A DNA stretch of 64,000 nucleotides from Vulcanimicrobiota bacterium (GTDB lineage: Bacteria; Vulcanimicrobiota; Vulcanimicrobiia; Vulcanimicrobiales; Vulcanimicrobiaceae): contig CAWETW010000003.1 of assembly GCA_963812155.1 (NCBI GenBank), positions 800,001 through 864,000 of the forward strand. The letters run 5' to 3'. Below are positions 47,512 to 56,588 of the stretch, in pieces; position 1 is the first letter of the stretch; every line of letters starts with the position of its first letter. The notes beneath the pieces were generated by a model that saw only the letters and a program-made list of their open reading frames with translations, was not told the DNA's origin and made no database searches. A program made the position numbers and the translations under genes.

Positions 47512-47570
47512 GCGAATGTTTCTCCCGTCAATGGTGGTCGGTCTCCGCAGACGCTGAAGACTCGCATGTA

Positions 47571-47638
47571 ATCGTAGCCGAGGCTCTCCCAGAAAGTCAA
47601 GGAGAAACTTTACTATCTGGCAGCGACCGTGGTAGGAT
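47571..47638. promoter_or_regulatory. Divergent sigma70 promoters sharing a 13-bp inverted repeat (putative SufR operator)
   Basis: ccagaaagtcaag-N6-ctttactatctgg (47589-47620, 11/13 matched); minus strand TTGACT-N18-TACGAT; plus strand TTTACT-N18-TAGGAT with extended TG. Confidence 0.7.
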
Positions 47639-47652
47639 ATCGGAAGCCAGTG

Positions 47653-48303
47653 ATGCACGCCGACCGCTTCTTTGCCTCGACCCGAGGAAAAATCGTGACC
47701 GAACTGCGCCGCCGGGGCTCGGCCTCGGCAGCCGACTTGGCACGCCTTTTCGGGCTCTCTCCCAACGCCGTCCGGCAGCAGTTGGTCGTGCTCGAGCGCG
47801 ATGGACTGGTGGCCGAAAATTCGGTGCGCCGGGGCCCGACCAAACCAACGCTCGAGTTCTCGTTGACCGGAGAAGCCGACAAGCTCTTTCCGCAAGCGCA
47901 CGACAAGATGTTGTCGGCCGTCCTGCGCGAGGTGCGCGAGCAGTTCGGCACGCCGGGGGTCAATCAAATCTTCGACGGTTTGTCGAAACGGGCCGTCGAC
48001 CGGGCGCGGCGGCGCGTCACCGCCGAGACGCCCGAAAAAAGGGTCGAGCAGCTTACCGAGATCCTGCGCGAGAGCGGCGTCGTTGCCGACTATAGTTTGA
48101 TCGACGGCGGTTTCGCCTTGCACGAGCACAACTGTCCGTACACCAGCGTCGCCAAGGAACATCCCGAAATGTGTCACGTGATCCATCACGTGATCGAAGA
48201 AACGATCGGCGGGGAACACACGCAGACGGAGTCGCTCGCGGAGGGCGGCAAGGAGTGCCGTTTCGAAATCAAGTCCAAGCCGGCCGCAACGACCGTGCCG
48301 TAA
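47653..48303 (+). CDS. sufR: SufR-like HTH transcriptional regulator
   Basis: N-terminal wHTH (TR..I...L.......A.DLA...GLS.NAVRQQL..LE.DGLV); C-terminal HNCPY, C and C ligands; divergent from sufC. Confidence 0.82.
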   Translation: MHADRFFASTRGKIVTELRRRGSASAADLARLFGLSPNAVRQQLVVLERDGLVAENSVRRGPTKPTLEFSLTGEADKLFPQAHDKMLSAVLREVREQFGTPGVNQIFDGLSKRAVDRARRRVTAETPEKRVEQLTEILRESGVVADYSLIDGGFALHEHNCPYTSVAKEHPEMCHVIHHVIEETIGGEHTQTESLAEGGKECRFEIKSKPAATTVP

Positions 48304-48325
48304 CACTACGTTAGAGAAAGCAGCG

Positions 48326-48811
48326 ATGGATTTTCCGAAGTTTCAACGTCTCGTCGAAGAACGCACCGGTTTTCGCACGATGGAGAACCCGACCGCAAGC
48401 GGCGAGTACTTCAGCGACTCGTGCGGCGACATGTATAACTTCTTCCTAAGGGTCGGCCCGGGTGCGGTGATCGAGGATATTTCGTACTTCACGACCGGAT
48501 GCGGCTTCGGCACGGCGACGTGCAGTCTGGTCGTCGACCTTGCAAAGGGAAAGACGGTCGATGCCGCCGCGGCCATCGCGCCGGCCGACGTCGAAGCCCA
48601 ACTCGGCGGCTATCCCGAGAAGAAAAAAGATTACCCCGAGCGCGCGCTCGAGGCGTTGCGCGTGGCGATCGACGATTATCGCGGGCGCGTTGAGAAGGGA
48701 ACCATCCCGGATTTCGGCGCGATGCCCGCGCTGCCGTCCAAGCCCGTTGCGGCCGAGCCGGCGCCGGCTGCTGCCAACGGCGACGGAAAACTACTCATCA
48801 AGCTGCACTAG
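48326..48811 (+). CDS. IscU/NifU N-terminal-like scaffold protein
   Basis: Motifs SCGD, TGCG...A..S, GKTVD.A. Confidence 0.78.
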   Translation: MDFPKFQRLVEERTGFRTMENPTASGEYFSDSCGDMYNFFLRVGPGAVIEDISYFTTGCGFGTATCSLVVDLAKGKTVDAAAAIAPADVEAQLGGYPEKKKDYPERALEALRVAIDDYRGRVEKGTIPDFGAMPALPSKPVAAEPAPAAANGDGKLLIKLH

Positions 48812-49354
48812 CCGCGCGGTCGACAGCGTTTCGTAGCGCGACGTGTTGGCCGCTTTGTCGAAGAGCGATTCGAAGAGCCGCACGCCGTCCACGCGAATCG
48901 GTATCGGCGCGAACTCGAGCATCGGCAGCGGGCGGTTCGGATTCTTGAGGCGCGCAAGCGTGACGTGTGCCAGCGGGTCCGCGTCGAAGACGAAGCCGCG
49001 ATCCGTATAGGCAGCGCGAACGGCGCGCGCCAGCGATCGAAACGCCGCGCCTTGATCGCGCGCGCCGGCGTAAACGACGCGGGGCTTGCGTTCGTGCGGA
49101 AACGCGCCGGTTTTATCGAGGACGATCTCGAACGGCGCTAGTCCGGCGACGGCGTTGCCCAGGGCTTCGACCATCTGCGCGCAGTGCGCTTCCGGTACGT
49201 TTCCCAAAAATGCGAGCGTGAGATGGAACTTACGCTCGTCCTCGTAGTTCGCCGCGAATCCGCAACGCTGAAGTTCGGCGGCGACCGCGGCGCAGGCGCG
49301 CCGCTCGGGCTCGCGCAACGCGATTCCGGCGAACAGCCGCCGGGTGGCGCTCAT
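48791..49354 (-). CDS. thpR: RNA 2',3'-cyclic phosphodiesterase (2H family)
   Basis: Motifs RLFAGI, HLTLAFLG, HVTLAR; ATG 49354. Confidence 0.88.
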   Translation of the reverse strand: MSATRRLFAGIALREPERRACAAVAAELQRCGFAANYEDERKFHLTLAFLGNVPEAHCAQMVEALGNAVAGLAPFEIVLDKTGAFPHERKPRVVYAGARDQGAAFRSLARAVRAAYTDRGFVFDADPLAHVTLARLKNPNRPLPMLEFAPIPIRVDGVRLFESLFDKAANTSRYETLSTARLVQLDE

Positions 49355-49992
49355 CGCAAATAGGGATTCGAGCGGCGTTCGAGTCCGACGGTCGTGAACG
49401 GTCCGTGCCCCGGAATCACCGGCGTCACGTCGGCGTACGGCATCAGCTTGGCGGCAATGGAGGCGACGATATCCTCCATTGACGTGCCGCCTAAGTCCCA
49501 ACGGCCGATGGACCCTGCAAAGAGCGTGTCGCCGGTCAGCAGCGTTGCATCGCTTCCGGGTTCGCCGGATACTTCGAAACAGACGCTGCCCGGCGTGTGT
49601 CCCGGCGTGTGCAGCACCCGTAGACGCGCGTTTCCGGCAGCGAAGATTTCGCCGTCGCGCAGTTCGCCGTCGAGCGCCACGACCGGCGGAGCGTGCGGGA
49701 GCCCGAGCCAACCCGCCTGCACCGGCAACGACTGGTAGAGCGGAAGGTCGGCGGCGTGCAGGAAGCCTTTGGCGCCGGTGACCTCGCGCAAGCGGCCGAG
49801 ATCGGCGATGTGATCGATGTGCGCGTGCGTGTGAACGAGATGCGTGGCGCGCAGTTCCAGGCGCGCAAGACGCGCGACGACCTCGTCGACGCCGTCACCG
49901 CCGTCGACGACGATCGCCTCTCCGCTGCGTTCATCCCCGACGATCGTGCAGTTGCACGCCAGCGGACCGACGGCAAACGTTTCGAGAATCAC
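49351..49992 (-). CDS. MBL-fold hydrolase (glyoxalase II-like)
   Basis: Motifs VGPL.CNC, THAHIDH, HTPGHTPGS, GDTLF..SIGR.DL, PGHG; GTG 49992. Confidence 0.9.
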   Translation of the reverse strand: MILETFAVGPLACNCTIVGDERSGEAIVVDGGDGVDEVVARLARLELRATHLVHTHAHIDHIADLGRLREVTGAKGFLHAADLPLYQSLPVQAGWLGLPHAPPVVALDGELRDGEIFAAGNARLRVLHTPGHTPGSVCFEVSGEPGSDATLLTGDTLFAGSIGRWDLGGTSMEDIVASIAAKLMPYADVTPVIPGHGPFTTVGLERRSNPYLR

Positions 49993-50000
49993 GTCGCCGT

Positions 50001-50483
50001 TTAGTCCACGCGAATGCCGAAGTCGTGGTATCCGCCGTTGAAGTATCCCAACGGAGATCCGGTACGAGCCTCGCACGACACGACGTTCCCAACGAAGATC
50101 GAGTGCGACCCGACGTGGTGTTCGCCGGCTACCTCGCAATCGAAGTGCGCGATCGCACCGGCGAGGACCGGGGCTCCGGTTACGTCGGTGCCGTATTCGA
50201 TCTCGTCGAATTGCCGCTCGCGCACTTTGCCGGCGAAGCGCTCGGCAAGGTGACGTTGCTCCCCCGCCAAGACGTTCACGCAAAAGATGCGCGAGCTGGA
50301 AATGTAAAGATAACTGCGCGCGTCGCGATTCACACAGACGAGCAATGCGGGCGGGTCGAGCGAGACGCTTGCGAACGAACTCAGCGTCAAGCCGCGCGGT
50401 TCGCCGTCTTTGAGGCTCGTGACGATCGTGACGCCGGTGGGGAGGTGGCGCATCGCGTGCTTGAACTCGTTTGGCGAGGTCAT
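50001..50483 (-). CDS. Flavin reductase-like protein
   Basis: Motifs F..AM..LPTGVTIVT, SF.SVSLDPP, G.H.IFVG.V, PL.YF.G.Y. Confidence 0.9.
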   Translation of the reverse strand: MTSPNEFKHAMRHLPTGVTIVTSLKDGEPRGLTLSSFASVSLDPPALLVCVNRDARSYLYISSSRIFCVNVLAGEQRHLAERFAGKVRERQFDEIEYGTDVTGAPVLAGAIAHFDCEVAGEHHVGSHSIFVGNVVSCEARTGSPLGYFNGGYHDFGIRVD

Positions 50484-51082
50484 TGCCGGCGCGCCCCAAT
50501 GCCCGTTCCGCCCCCGAGCGGCAAAATCGTCGCATCGAGTTGCGGATGGCCGAGAAAGCAGCGATTGAAATCGTCCATGCCATCGGCGAGGCAACCGTCG
50601 ACGATGACGAGCCCGGAAAGTTTCAACATCGGAACGACGCAGTCGAGGTAAGCGCGGTAATCGAAGGAGCCGGCGCGGATGAAAACGATGTCGAGATTGC
50701 GGTGCGGAAAGTTTTCGAGCAGCTCCAAGGGCGGCGTATTACAGATTTCGATGTAATCGTCTTCGCCGGCTGCTTTGAAGTAGGAAAGTGCGACGGCGGT
50801 CTGCGCGGCATCGGCCTCGATCGTCCAAATTCGGCCGAGCCGCGGCTGCGCGAGCGCCATCCAGAGCGTTGCATATCCGTATGCCGTGCCGATCTCGAGG
50901 ATCCGGCTCGCCTGCATCGCGTGGACCACCGTCGAAAGCAGCCGGCCGGTTTCGCGCGCGGGGATGGGCACGCCGTCGTTAAGGGCCTGCCGTTCCAACT
51001 CGAGCAGCAACGGATTGGGCTGAGGATGCACCGCCTCTAGGTAGGCCGCGATCGCTTCGCTTGCCGGCGTCATCGTTCGCAT
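50480..51082 (-). CDS. O-methyltransferase family protein
   Basis: Motifs ILEIGTAYGY..LWMA and LK..GL.IVD. Confidence 0.85.
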   Translation of the reverse strand: MRTMTPASEAIAAYLEAVHPQPNPLLLELERQALNDGVPIPARETGRLLSTVVHAMQASRILEIGTAYGYATLWMALAQPRLGRIWTIEADAAQTAVALSYFKAAGEDDYIEICNTPPLELLENFPHRNLDIVFIRAGSFDYRAYLDCVVPMLKLSGLVIVDGCLADGMDDFNRCFLGHPQLDATILPLGGGTGIGARRQ

Positions 51083-51088
51083 TATTCC

Positions 51089-51952
51089 TTAGATATCGAG
51101 GCCGTTCATGCGTTCGGCGCTTTTAACGACGTTGCGGAGCAACGCGATGTTCGTCACGGGACCGACCCCGCCGGGCACCGGCGTGATTGCTCCCGCAACC
51201 GCCGACGCGCTCTCGAAATCCACGTCGCCGCGCAGTTTCCCGTCGACGATCGTCGTGCCGACGTCGACGACCGTCGCGCCGGGTTTGAGATGCTCGCCGC
51301 GAACCAGACCCGGCACGCCGGTCGCAACGACGACGACGTCGGCGTCCTGTAGGAACGGTCGCAACGCTCCCGATTCTTTGTGCAAAACCGTGACGGTGGC
51401 GTCCTGCGCGAGCATCAGCAACGCAACCGGGGCGCCGACGACGATCGACCGTCCGACCACGATCGCACGCTTTCCGCGCAGCGGCCAATGCGGGCTGCGT
51501 TCGAGCAAAAGCATCACCGCCGCGGGCGTTGCCGGAACGAAGTCCGTGCCGCTGCCGAAGGCGAGGTGGCCTTGATTCATCGGATGCGATCCGTCGACGT
51601 CTTTATTTGCCGGAATCGCATCGGCAATGCGCCGGATGGGTAAGTGCGCCGGCAGCGGCTGCTGAAGGAGCACGCCGTGGACCGCCGGATCGTGCGCGAG
51701 ACGTTCGAGCGCGCTTCGAACGTCGCCGGGCGAGGCGTCTTCGGGAAGGCGTTCGACCGAAACCTCGACGCCGCATCGCTCGCCCGTTTTCGCCAGATTG
51801 CGCACGTACGCGAGACTCGATTCGTTTTCGCCGACGAAAACGATTGCCAGTTTAGGATGAATCCCGGCCTCGCGCAGCGCAAACGTACGCGCGAGAAGTT
51901 CGGTGCGAAGGTCGGCGGCGAGCGCTTTCCCATCGAGTATCCGGGCCGGCAC
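51089..51952 (-). CDS. folD: Methylenetetrahydrofolate dehydrogenase/cyclohydrolase
   Basis: Motifs ILDGK, GVLLQ.PLP, KDVDG.HP.N, P.TP, VGRS.VVG.P, DVG, TPVPGGVGP; GTG 51952. Confidence 0.93.
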   Translation of the reverse strand: MPARILDGKALAADLRTELLARTFALREAGIHPKLAIVFVGENESSLAYVRNLAKTGERCGVEVSVERLPEDASPGDVRSALERLAHDPAVHGVLLQQPLPAHLPIRRIADAIPANKDVDGSHPMNQGHLAFGSGTDFVPATPAAVMLLLERSPHWPLRGKRAIVVGRSIVVGAPVALLMLAQDATVTVLHKESGALRPFLQDADVVVVATGVPGLVRGEHLKPGATVVDVGTTIVDGKLRGDVDFESASAVAGAITPVPGGVGPVTNIALLRNVVKSAERMNGLDI

Positions 51953-51988
51953 GCCCTCGCCGTTCGTCCGCCGGAGGAGGCATACCCC

Positions 51989-52273
51989 CTGGAACGCGTG
52001 CGGCGCGAAGTTCGACTCGACACACGTTTTGCGGCCGACGAGTTCGAGCGCGCATTCGACCGATTCGTGCAGACGTACAACGTCGCGCCGAGCGTTGCGC
52101 GCTGCAGTCCGCAAGTGCTCGACCGATACTGCGCGTTGTTCGAACGCTTCGACGACGCCGCGCGCCGCGGGGAAGTGCGGTTTCGCGGAACTCCGATCTA
52201 CGCCGCGGTGGTGCCGAACGGAACGATTGTCTTGGAGGGAGAGGTTGACGAGACCCGCATGGGCGATTGGTAA
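51989..52273 (+). CDS. Small hypothetical protein
   Basis: Strong RBS ggaggagg at about 51973-51980, start CTG 51989 or GTG 51998; ends 4 nt before the next gene. Confidence 0.5.
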   Translation: MERVRREVRLDTRFAADEFERAFDRFVQTYNVAPSVARCSPQVLDRYCALFERFDDAARRGEVRFRGTPIYAAVVPNGTIVLEGEVDETRMGDW

Positions 52274-52277
52274 CGCG

Positions 52278-52814
52278 ATGAACCGGCGCGTTCTCTGGAT
52301 CGCGGCATCGCTGGCCGGCGCAATTGCGGCCGTCGCAATCGTCGCGCCGTTCTTTCTTTCGCCGTCAAGCCACGCAGCCGGGCCGGCCGGATTCGCCGGG
52401 GAGCCGGCACCGGTTTTTCAACTGCAATCCGATTCAGGCGCAACGGTATCGCTCGCGCGTTATCGCGGCCGCGTGGTCGTATTGAATCTGTGGGCGACGT
52501 GGTGCCCGCCCTGTCGCGCCGAAATGCCGGAACTGCAGCGGCTTGCCGGAGAAGAAGCGGGGCGCGGCCTGGTCGTAGTCGGCGTCAATCAAGGCGAATC
52601 GGCGGAGACTGCGCGCGAGTTTGCGCGATCGCTGCAGATTCGGTATCCGATTTGGATGGACGACCGGCAGCAATACGGACGGGCCTTTACGGCGCTGGGG
52701 TTGCCGACGACGGTCGTCGTGGGACGTGACGGGATCGTCGTACGCGGTTACGACGGAGCGCTCACCTACGAGCAGTTGCGCGCCGCGGTTGCCGGTTCGA
52801 CGGCGCCGCATTGA
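52278..52814 (+). CDS. TlpA/ResA-like thiol:disulfide oxidoreductase
   Basis: N-terminal TM; motifs LNLWATWCPPCRAEMP and GLPTT. Confidence 0.9.
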   Translation: MNRRVLWIAASLAGAIAAVAIVAPFFLSPSSHAAGPAGFAGEPAPVFQLQSDSGATVSLARYRGRVVVLNLWATWCPPCRAEMPELQRLAGEEAGRGLVVVGVNQGESAETAREFARSLQIRYPIWMDDRQQYGRAFTALGLPTTVVVGRDGIVVRGYDGALTYEQLRAAVAGSTAPH

Positions 52815-53782
52815 GCGCGTTCGCCGCCGTCGCAATCGCACTCGTAGCCGTGGCGATCGTCGAAATTGCCGCGCCCGGATACGGCGTCTATCACCGCGGA
52901 TGGTTCAACGTCGCGCTCGTCGCGCTGGGCGCGATCGCGATAGCGCTCGCGCGCTCGGCCCTGGCCGGCGCACGCGGCTACGTTGCGAGCGGCGCGATCC
53001 TTGCCGTCGCGCTAGGCGCGCTCGTCGCGGCCCTCGCTACGGCCGCAAGCGGTTTGCTCGCGCCCGATAACCGGACGATCGTCGGCGCGCCCGGCCAACG
53101 CGTTCGCGTGGACGATCTCGAAGCGTCGCTCGTTTTTCCGCCGGCCGATGCGACGTCGCAGTTATCCGCCACCGCCGTCGTGCTGCTCGATCGCAAGGGA
53201 CGAGCGCCGCTGGCAATCGGCGGATCGGGGCGCTTTGCGGGGGCGTTCGCGCTGCGTCCACGCCCTCGCACGGTCGTTTTCGTCGACGCGCGCGACTTGC
53301 GTGGCGCACGTTTGACCGTAACGCAACCCTCGGGCGCGGCCTTTCTTTCTCCGGTACTTCTGATGCAGCAGCACCAGACGATCGCCGGTTTCGACGTGCC
53401 GTTCGATTCGTTCGCCGTGCCGGCAGCGCACCGGCTCGTGCGCGCGGTGCTTTTTACACCGCAACAAGCCGCGCTGATGCGCGGTCTCGAAGGCGGCGCG
53501 GGCGCGGCGGTGCTCTTCGCGGTCGACGACGAAAGCGATCGCCCGCTGCCGCACGGCGTCGACGCGGTGCGCAGCGGCGCGACGATCGCCATCGACGGCC
53601 TGCTCTTACGAGCCTTCGTGTTCGACTATCCGGCAATCGACATCGTCCCGATTCCGCCGCTTCCGGCAGCGATCGCGAGCGTCGCGCTCGTGGTCGGAGG
53701 CTTGCTGCTGGCCGCGCGCCGGAGAGGGTCCCCGGTTCACGACGGCGGCGCACCGAACATCAGAAGTCGGTCGTCGATGTGA
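52811..53782 (+). CDS. Membrane protein, possibly ResB/Ccs1-like
   Basis: Three N-terminal TMs including VYHRGWF, a beta-rich periplasmic domain and a C-terminal TM; coupled to the TlpA gene. Confidence 0.5.
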   Translation: MSAFAAVAIALVAVAIVEIAAPGYGVYHRGWFNVALVALGAIAIALARSALAGARGYVASGAILAVALGALVAALATAASGLLAPDNRTIVGAPGQRVRVDDLEASLVFPPADATSQLSATAVVLLDRKGRAPLAIGGSGRFAGAFALRPRPRTVVFVDARDLRGARLTVTQPSGAAFLSPVLLMQQHQTIAGFDVPFDSFAVPAAHRLVRAVLFTPQQAALMRGLEGGAGAAVLFAVDDESDRPLPHGVDAVRSGATIAIDGLLLRAFVFDYPAIDIVPIPPLPAAIASVALVVGGLLLAARRRGSPVHDGGAPNIRSRSSM

Positions 53783-55116
53783 AGCAGAAGCCGGCAACCT
53801 TCGCGGCCGGCGCGACCAACGAATAGTGGTAGCTTCCGGTGCGTTGCTGTTCGCGTGAGAATTCGCACGCGCGCAGCGCGTCGAGGATACTCGTATTGAA
53901 GCGCAGGTTGCGCACGCCGTCCGTGATGCGTCCGTTTTCGACCAGGAACGTGCCGTCACGCGTCATTCCGGTCACGATCGCGCGCTTGCGATCGACGGGC
54001 CGCACGTACCACAGCCGGGTGACGAGCAGCCCGCGCGTCGTTTCGGCGATGAGTTGCTCGAGCGGCTTTGAACCACCGGCGACGGCGAGGTTGCGGGGCT
54101 GGCGGACCGTACGAGTTGGGCGCCGGAAGCGCGTGGCCGGTGTTCGGACGGTCGAGTTTTCGCGCGTAGTAACTGTCGGTGACGATCGTAGCGCACGACG
54201 CCGTTTTCGACGAGCGTCAGACGCTGCGTCGGGCAGCCTTCGAAGTCGAACGGCATTCCGGGCGCAAGCGGATGCGCGTAGTCGTCGTGAGACGGTAACG
54301 TTCTCCGAAAAGTATGGACGATCGAGTCCGTCGCTGCAGAACGACGATCCGTCGTCGTACGACTGCGCCGAAAAGTGGTCGGACAGGTAGACGAGCATTT
54401 CGCCGAAGGCGGCCGGCTCGAGGATCACGGTCCATTCGCCCGGATCGACCGCGATCGGTCGCGGCGCTCGCGCGCGCCTTGTCCGCCGCAACGCGGGCGA
54501 CGCCGGATGCGTCGATACTTCGCCGCCGACGGCGTCGCGTAGGCTTCTCCGAATCCGGTCGAGTCGGCGCGCGCTCATCTTCACGTTCACCGATGCGTCG
54601 GTTCCGTCGAACGAGGCGAGTGCGCCCGACGTATTGGCGACGGTAATGCCGACGACGACGTCGCCGCGAACCCGGCCGACCAATACCCCGTACGTTCGGC
54701 TTCGCGAAAGATCGCTTCGCACATCGTCGCGCGCAAGCCGGCTCCGGCACGCGCGGTGGCTTCGTCGAAGGCTGCGTCGGGCGCCGGCGCAGGCACGCCT
54801 GAAGGAAGCGTTCCGCTGCAGCGGATCTCGCGGCGCGAAGCCGGCGAGCGCAGCGGCACGCGTGACGACGCCGAGCGAGCGCGTCGTCCTCGAGCGGTTG
54901 GTTTGTGCGACGCCCGTTCGACCGTCGACGATCGCGCGCACGGAGATTCCCGCGTCGGAAGATGCGACGTTTTGATTCGAGGTTTCGTGCGTGAAACGCG
55001 TCAGCGCGTTGTCGACCGTCGAGACGAGGACTTCGGTTTGATCCGCACTGCGACAACTCGAGCGCACGCCGCGCGACGCGTTCGCGATCGGCGGCCGTAA
55101 GAACGGCGTTATCCAT
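53760..55116 (-). CDS. PmbA/TldE-family protein, multiply frameshifted
   Basis: Motifs ALTRF...S.QN, PG.WTVILEP.A, PFDFEG.P, GLLVTRLWY, TGMTRDGTFLVENG spread over several frames. Confidence 0.8.
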
Positions 55117-56581
55117 CGTAGCCGACTCCGACGCTGACGTTGCGAAAGCGCGCCGGCGCCGACGCTTGCGTCGTTCGTCCGGTTTGCATCGGCTCGCCCT
55201 TCCCGCAGTTCGGCGTTCCCCATGCAAACCACGAGGCTTCGTCGGCAACCGCATCGCACGAGTTCCAAAACGCGGCGTCATGCCGGCGTAGGTCGGGTTC
55301 TTGAGCATGCGTCCGCGCTTGCCGTTCTTCACTTCCCACGCGATTTCGCAGCCGAACTGAAAGTTCAGCCGCCGGTCGTCGATCGACCACGAACGGTTGC
55401 TCTCCATGTAGATGCCGTCGCGGACGTCGTCGAAGAGATCTTCGAACGGAACGTTGCCCGGCAAGCAGACTCAGGTTGCACATTCGGATCATCGGCACGA
55501 ACTCCCAGCTCTGCGCGCGCACGCAGGCGTTGCTCTCGCGTCCGATCGCGCGGGCGGTGTCGTTGCTCATTTCGTATCCGGCGAGCACGCCGTCGCGCAC
55601 GATGTCGGAACGGCCGCAGCTGCGTGCCTTCGTCGTCGTAGCCGCAGGTCGCCATGCCGCCGGCGAGCGTGTTGTCGATGACGATCGTGACGGCGCCGGA
55701 TCCGTATTGCAGCTTGTTCGAGCTGCTCGATTTCGAGAAACGATCGTCCCGGAGAAGTTGGCTTCCCAGCCCATCACGCGATCGAGTTCGGCCGGATGAC
55801 CGCACGATTCGTGGATCTGCAGCGACATCTGCGAGCCGCCGAGGATGACGTCGAAGGTGCCGCTCGGGCACTGCGGCGCGCGCAGCAGCTGCGAGCGCCT
55901 CTTCGCCGATACGCGGCGCGCCGTCGAGCAGCGCCGCCGCTTCGACGATCTCCCAGCCGCCGCGATTGGTAGAGGCCGACGTCGCCCGGATACGAACGCG
56001 TCTGCACGTCGCCGTTCGCCGACGGCCATCGCTTCGAGGCCCGCGCCGGTTTGCAGAATCCGTTGCACGATGCGCGACCCGATCGTGCTGTAGAAATACT
56101 TATCGGTGCGCCACAGAGTCGATCCACGCGCGTCCGACGGCGATGTCGGGGGAGGCGTGCAGCCTGCGTTCGGCCTCGAGCAGCAGCGCGACGCGGTCGC
56201 CGAGCGGCACGTCTGCGGGATCGCGCTGCACCGGCGTGACGAAGCGGTCGACGTAGGCGTGCTGCGGTGCGCCTTCCGATACGCCGGCGCCCGACGGCAG
56301 CGCCCGCCCGCGCGAGCGATACGGCACGAGCGGCGGTGGCATCGAGACTCGTCGTCGCCGGCTTCCCGGCACGCGGCGAATCCCCAGGCACCGTCGACGA
56401 GCGCGCGAATGCCGAATCCGTCGCTCGTGGAGTCGGCGAGCGCGGCGACGACGCCGTTGCGCACTTCGATGCGTTCGGCGCGCGCGACCTCGAAACGAAC
56501 GTCGGCATACTGCGCGCCCTGCGCGACCGCGGTGTCGAGTGCGCGTGCCGCCGCGTGGTCGAAAGGTCCGTTCGATTCCAT
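55109..56581 (-). CDS. tldD: TldD-family metalloprotease, multiply frameshifted
   Basis: Motifs YADVR, GFGIRALVDGAWGFA, IHES.GH..ELDR, YDDEG, WSIDD.RLNFQF, NCGKGEP.Q in shifting frames. Confidence 0.82.
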   Translation of the reverse strand: MESNGPFDHAAARALDTAVAQGAQYADVRFEVARAERIEVRNGVVAALADSTSDGFGIRALVDGAWGFAACREAGDDESRCHRRSCRIARAGGRCRRAPAYRKAHRSTPTSTASSRRCSAIPQTCRSATASRCCSRPNAGCTPPPTSPSDARGSTLWRTDKYFYSTIGSRIVQRILQTGAGLEAMAVGERRRADAFVSGRRRPLPIAAAGRSSKRRRCSTARRVSAKRRSQLLRAPQCPSGTFDVILGGSQMSLQIHESCGHPAELDRVMGWEANFSGTIVSRNRAARTSCNTDPAPSRSSSTTRSPAAWRPAATTTKARSCGRSDIVRDGVLAGYEMSNDTARAIGRESNACVRAQSWEFVPMIRMCNLSLLAGQRSVRRSLRRRPRRHLHGEQPFVVDRRPAAELSVRLRNRVGSEERQARTHAQEPDLRRHDAAFWNSCDAVADEASWFAWGTPNCGKGEPMQTGRTTQASAPARFRNVSVGVGYDG

Positions 56582-56588
56582 TGTGCTC

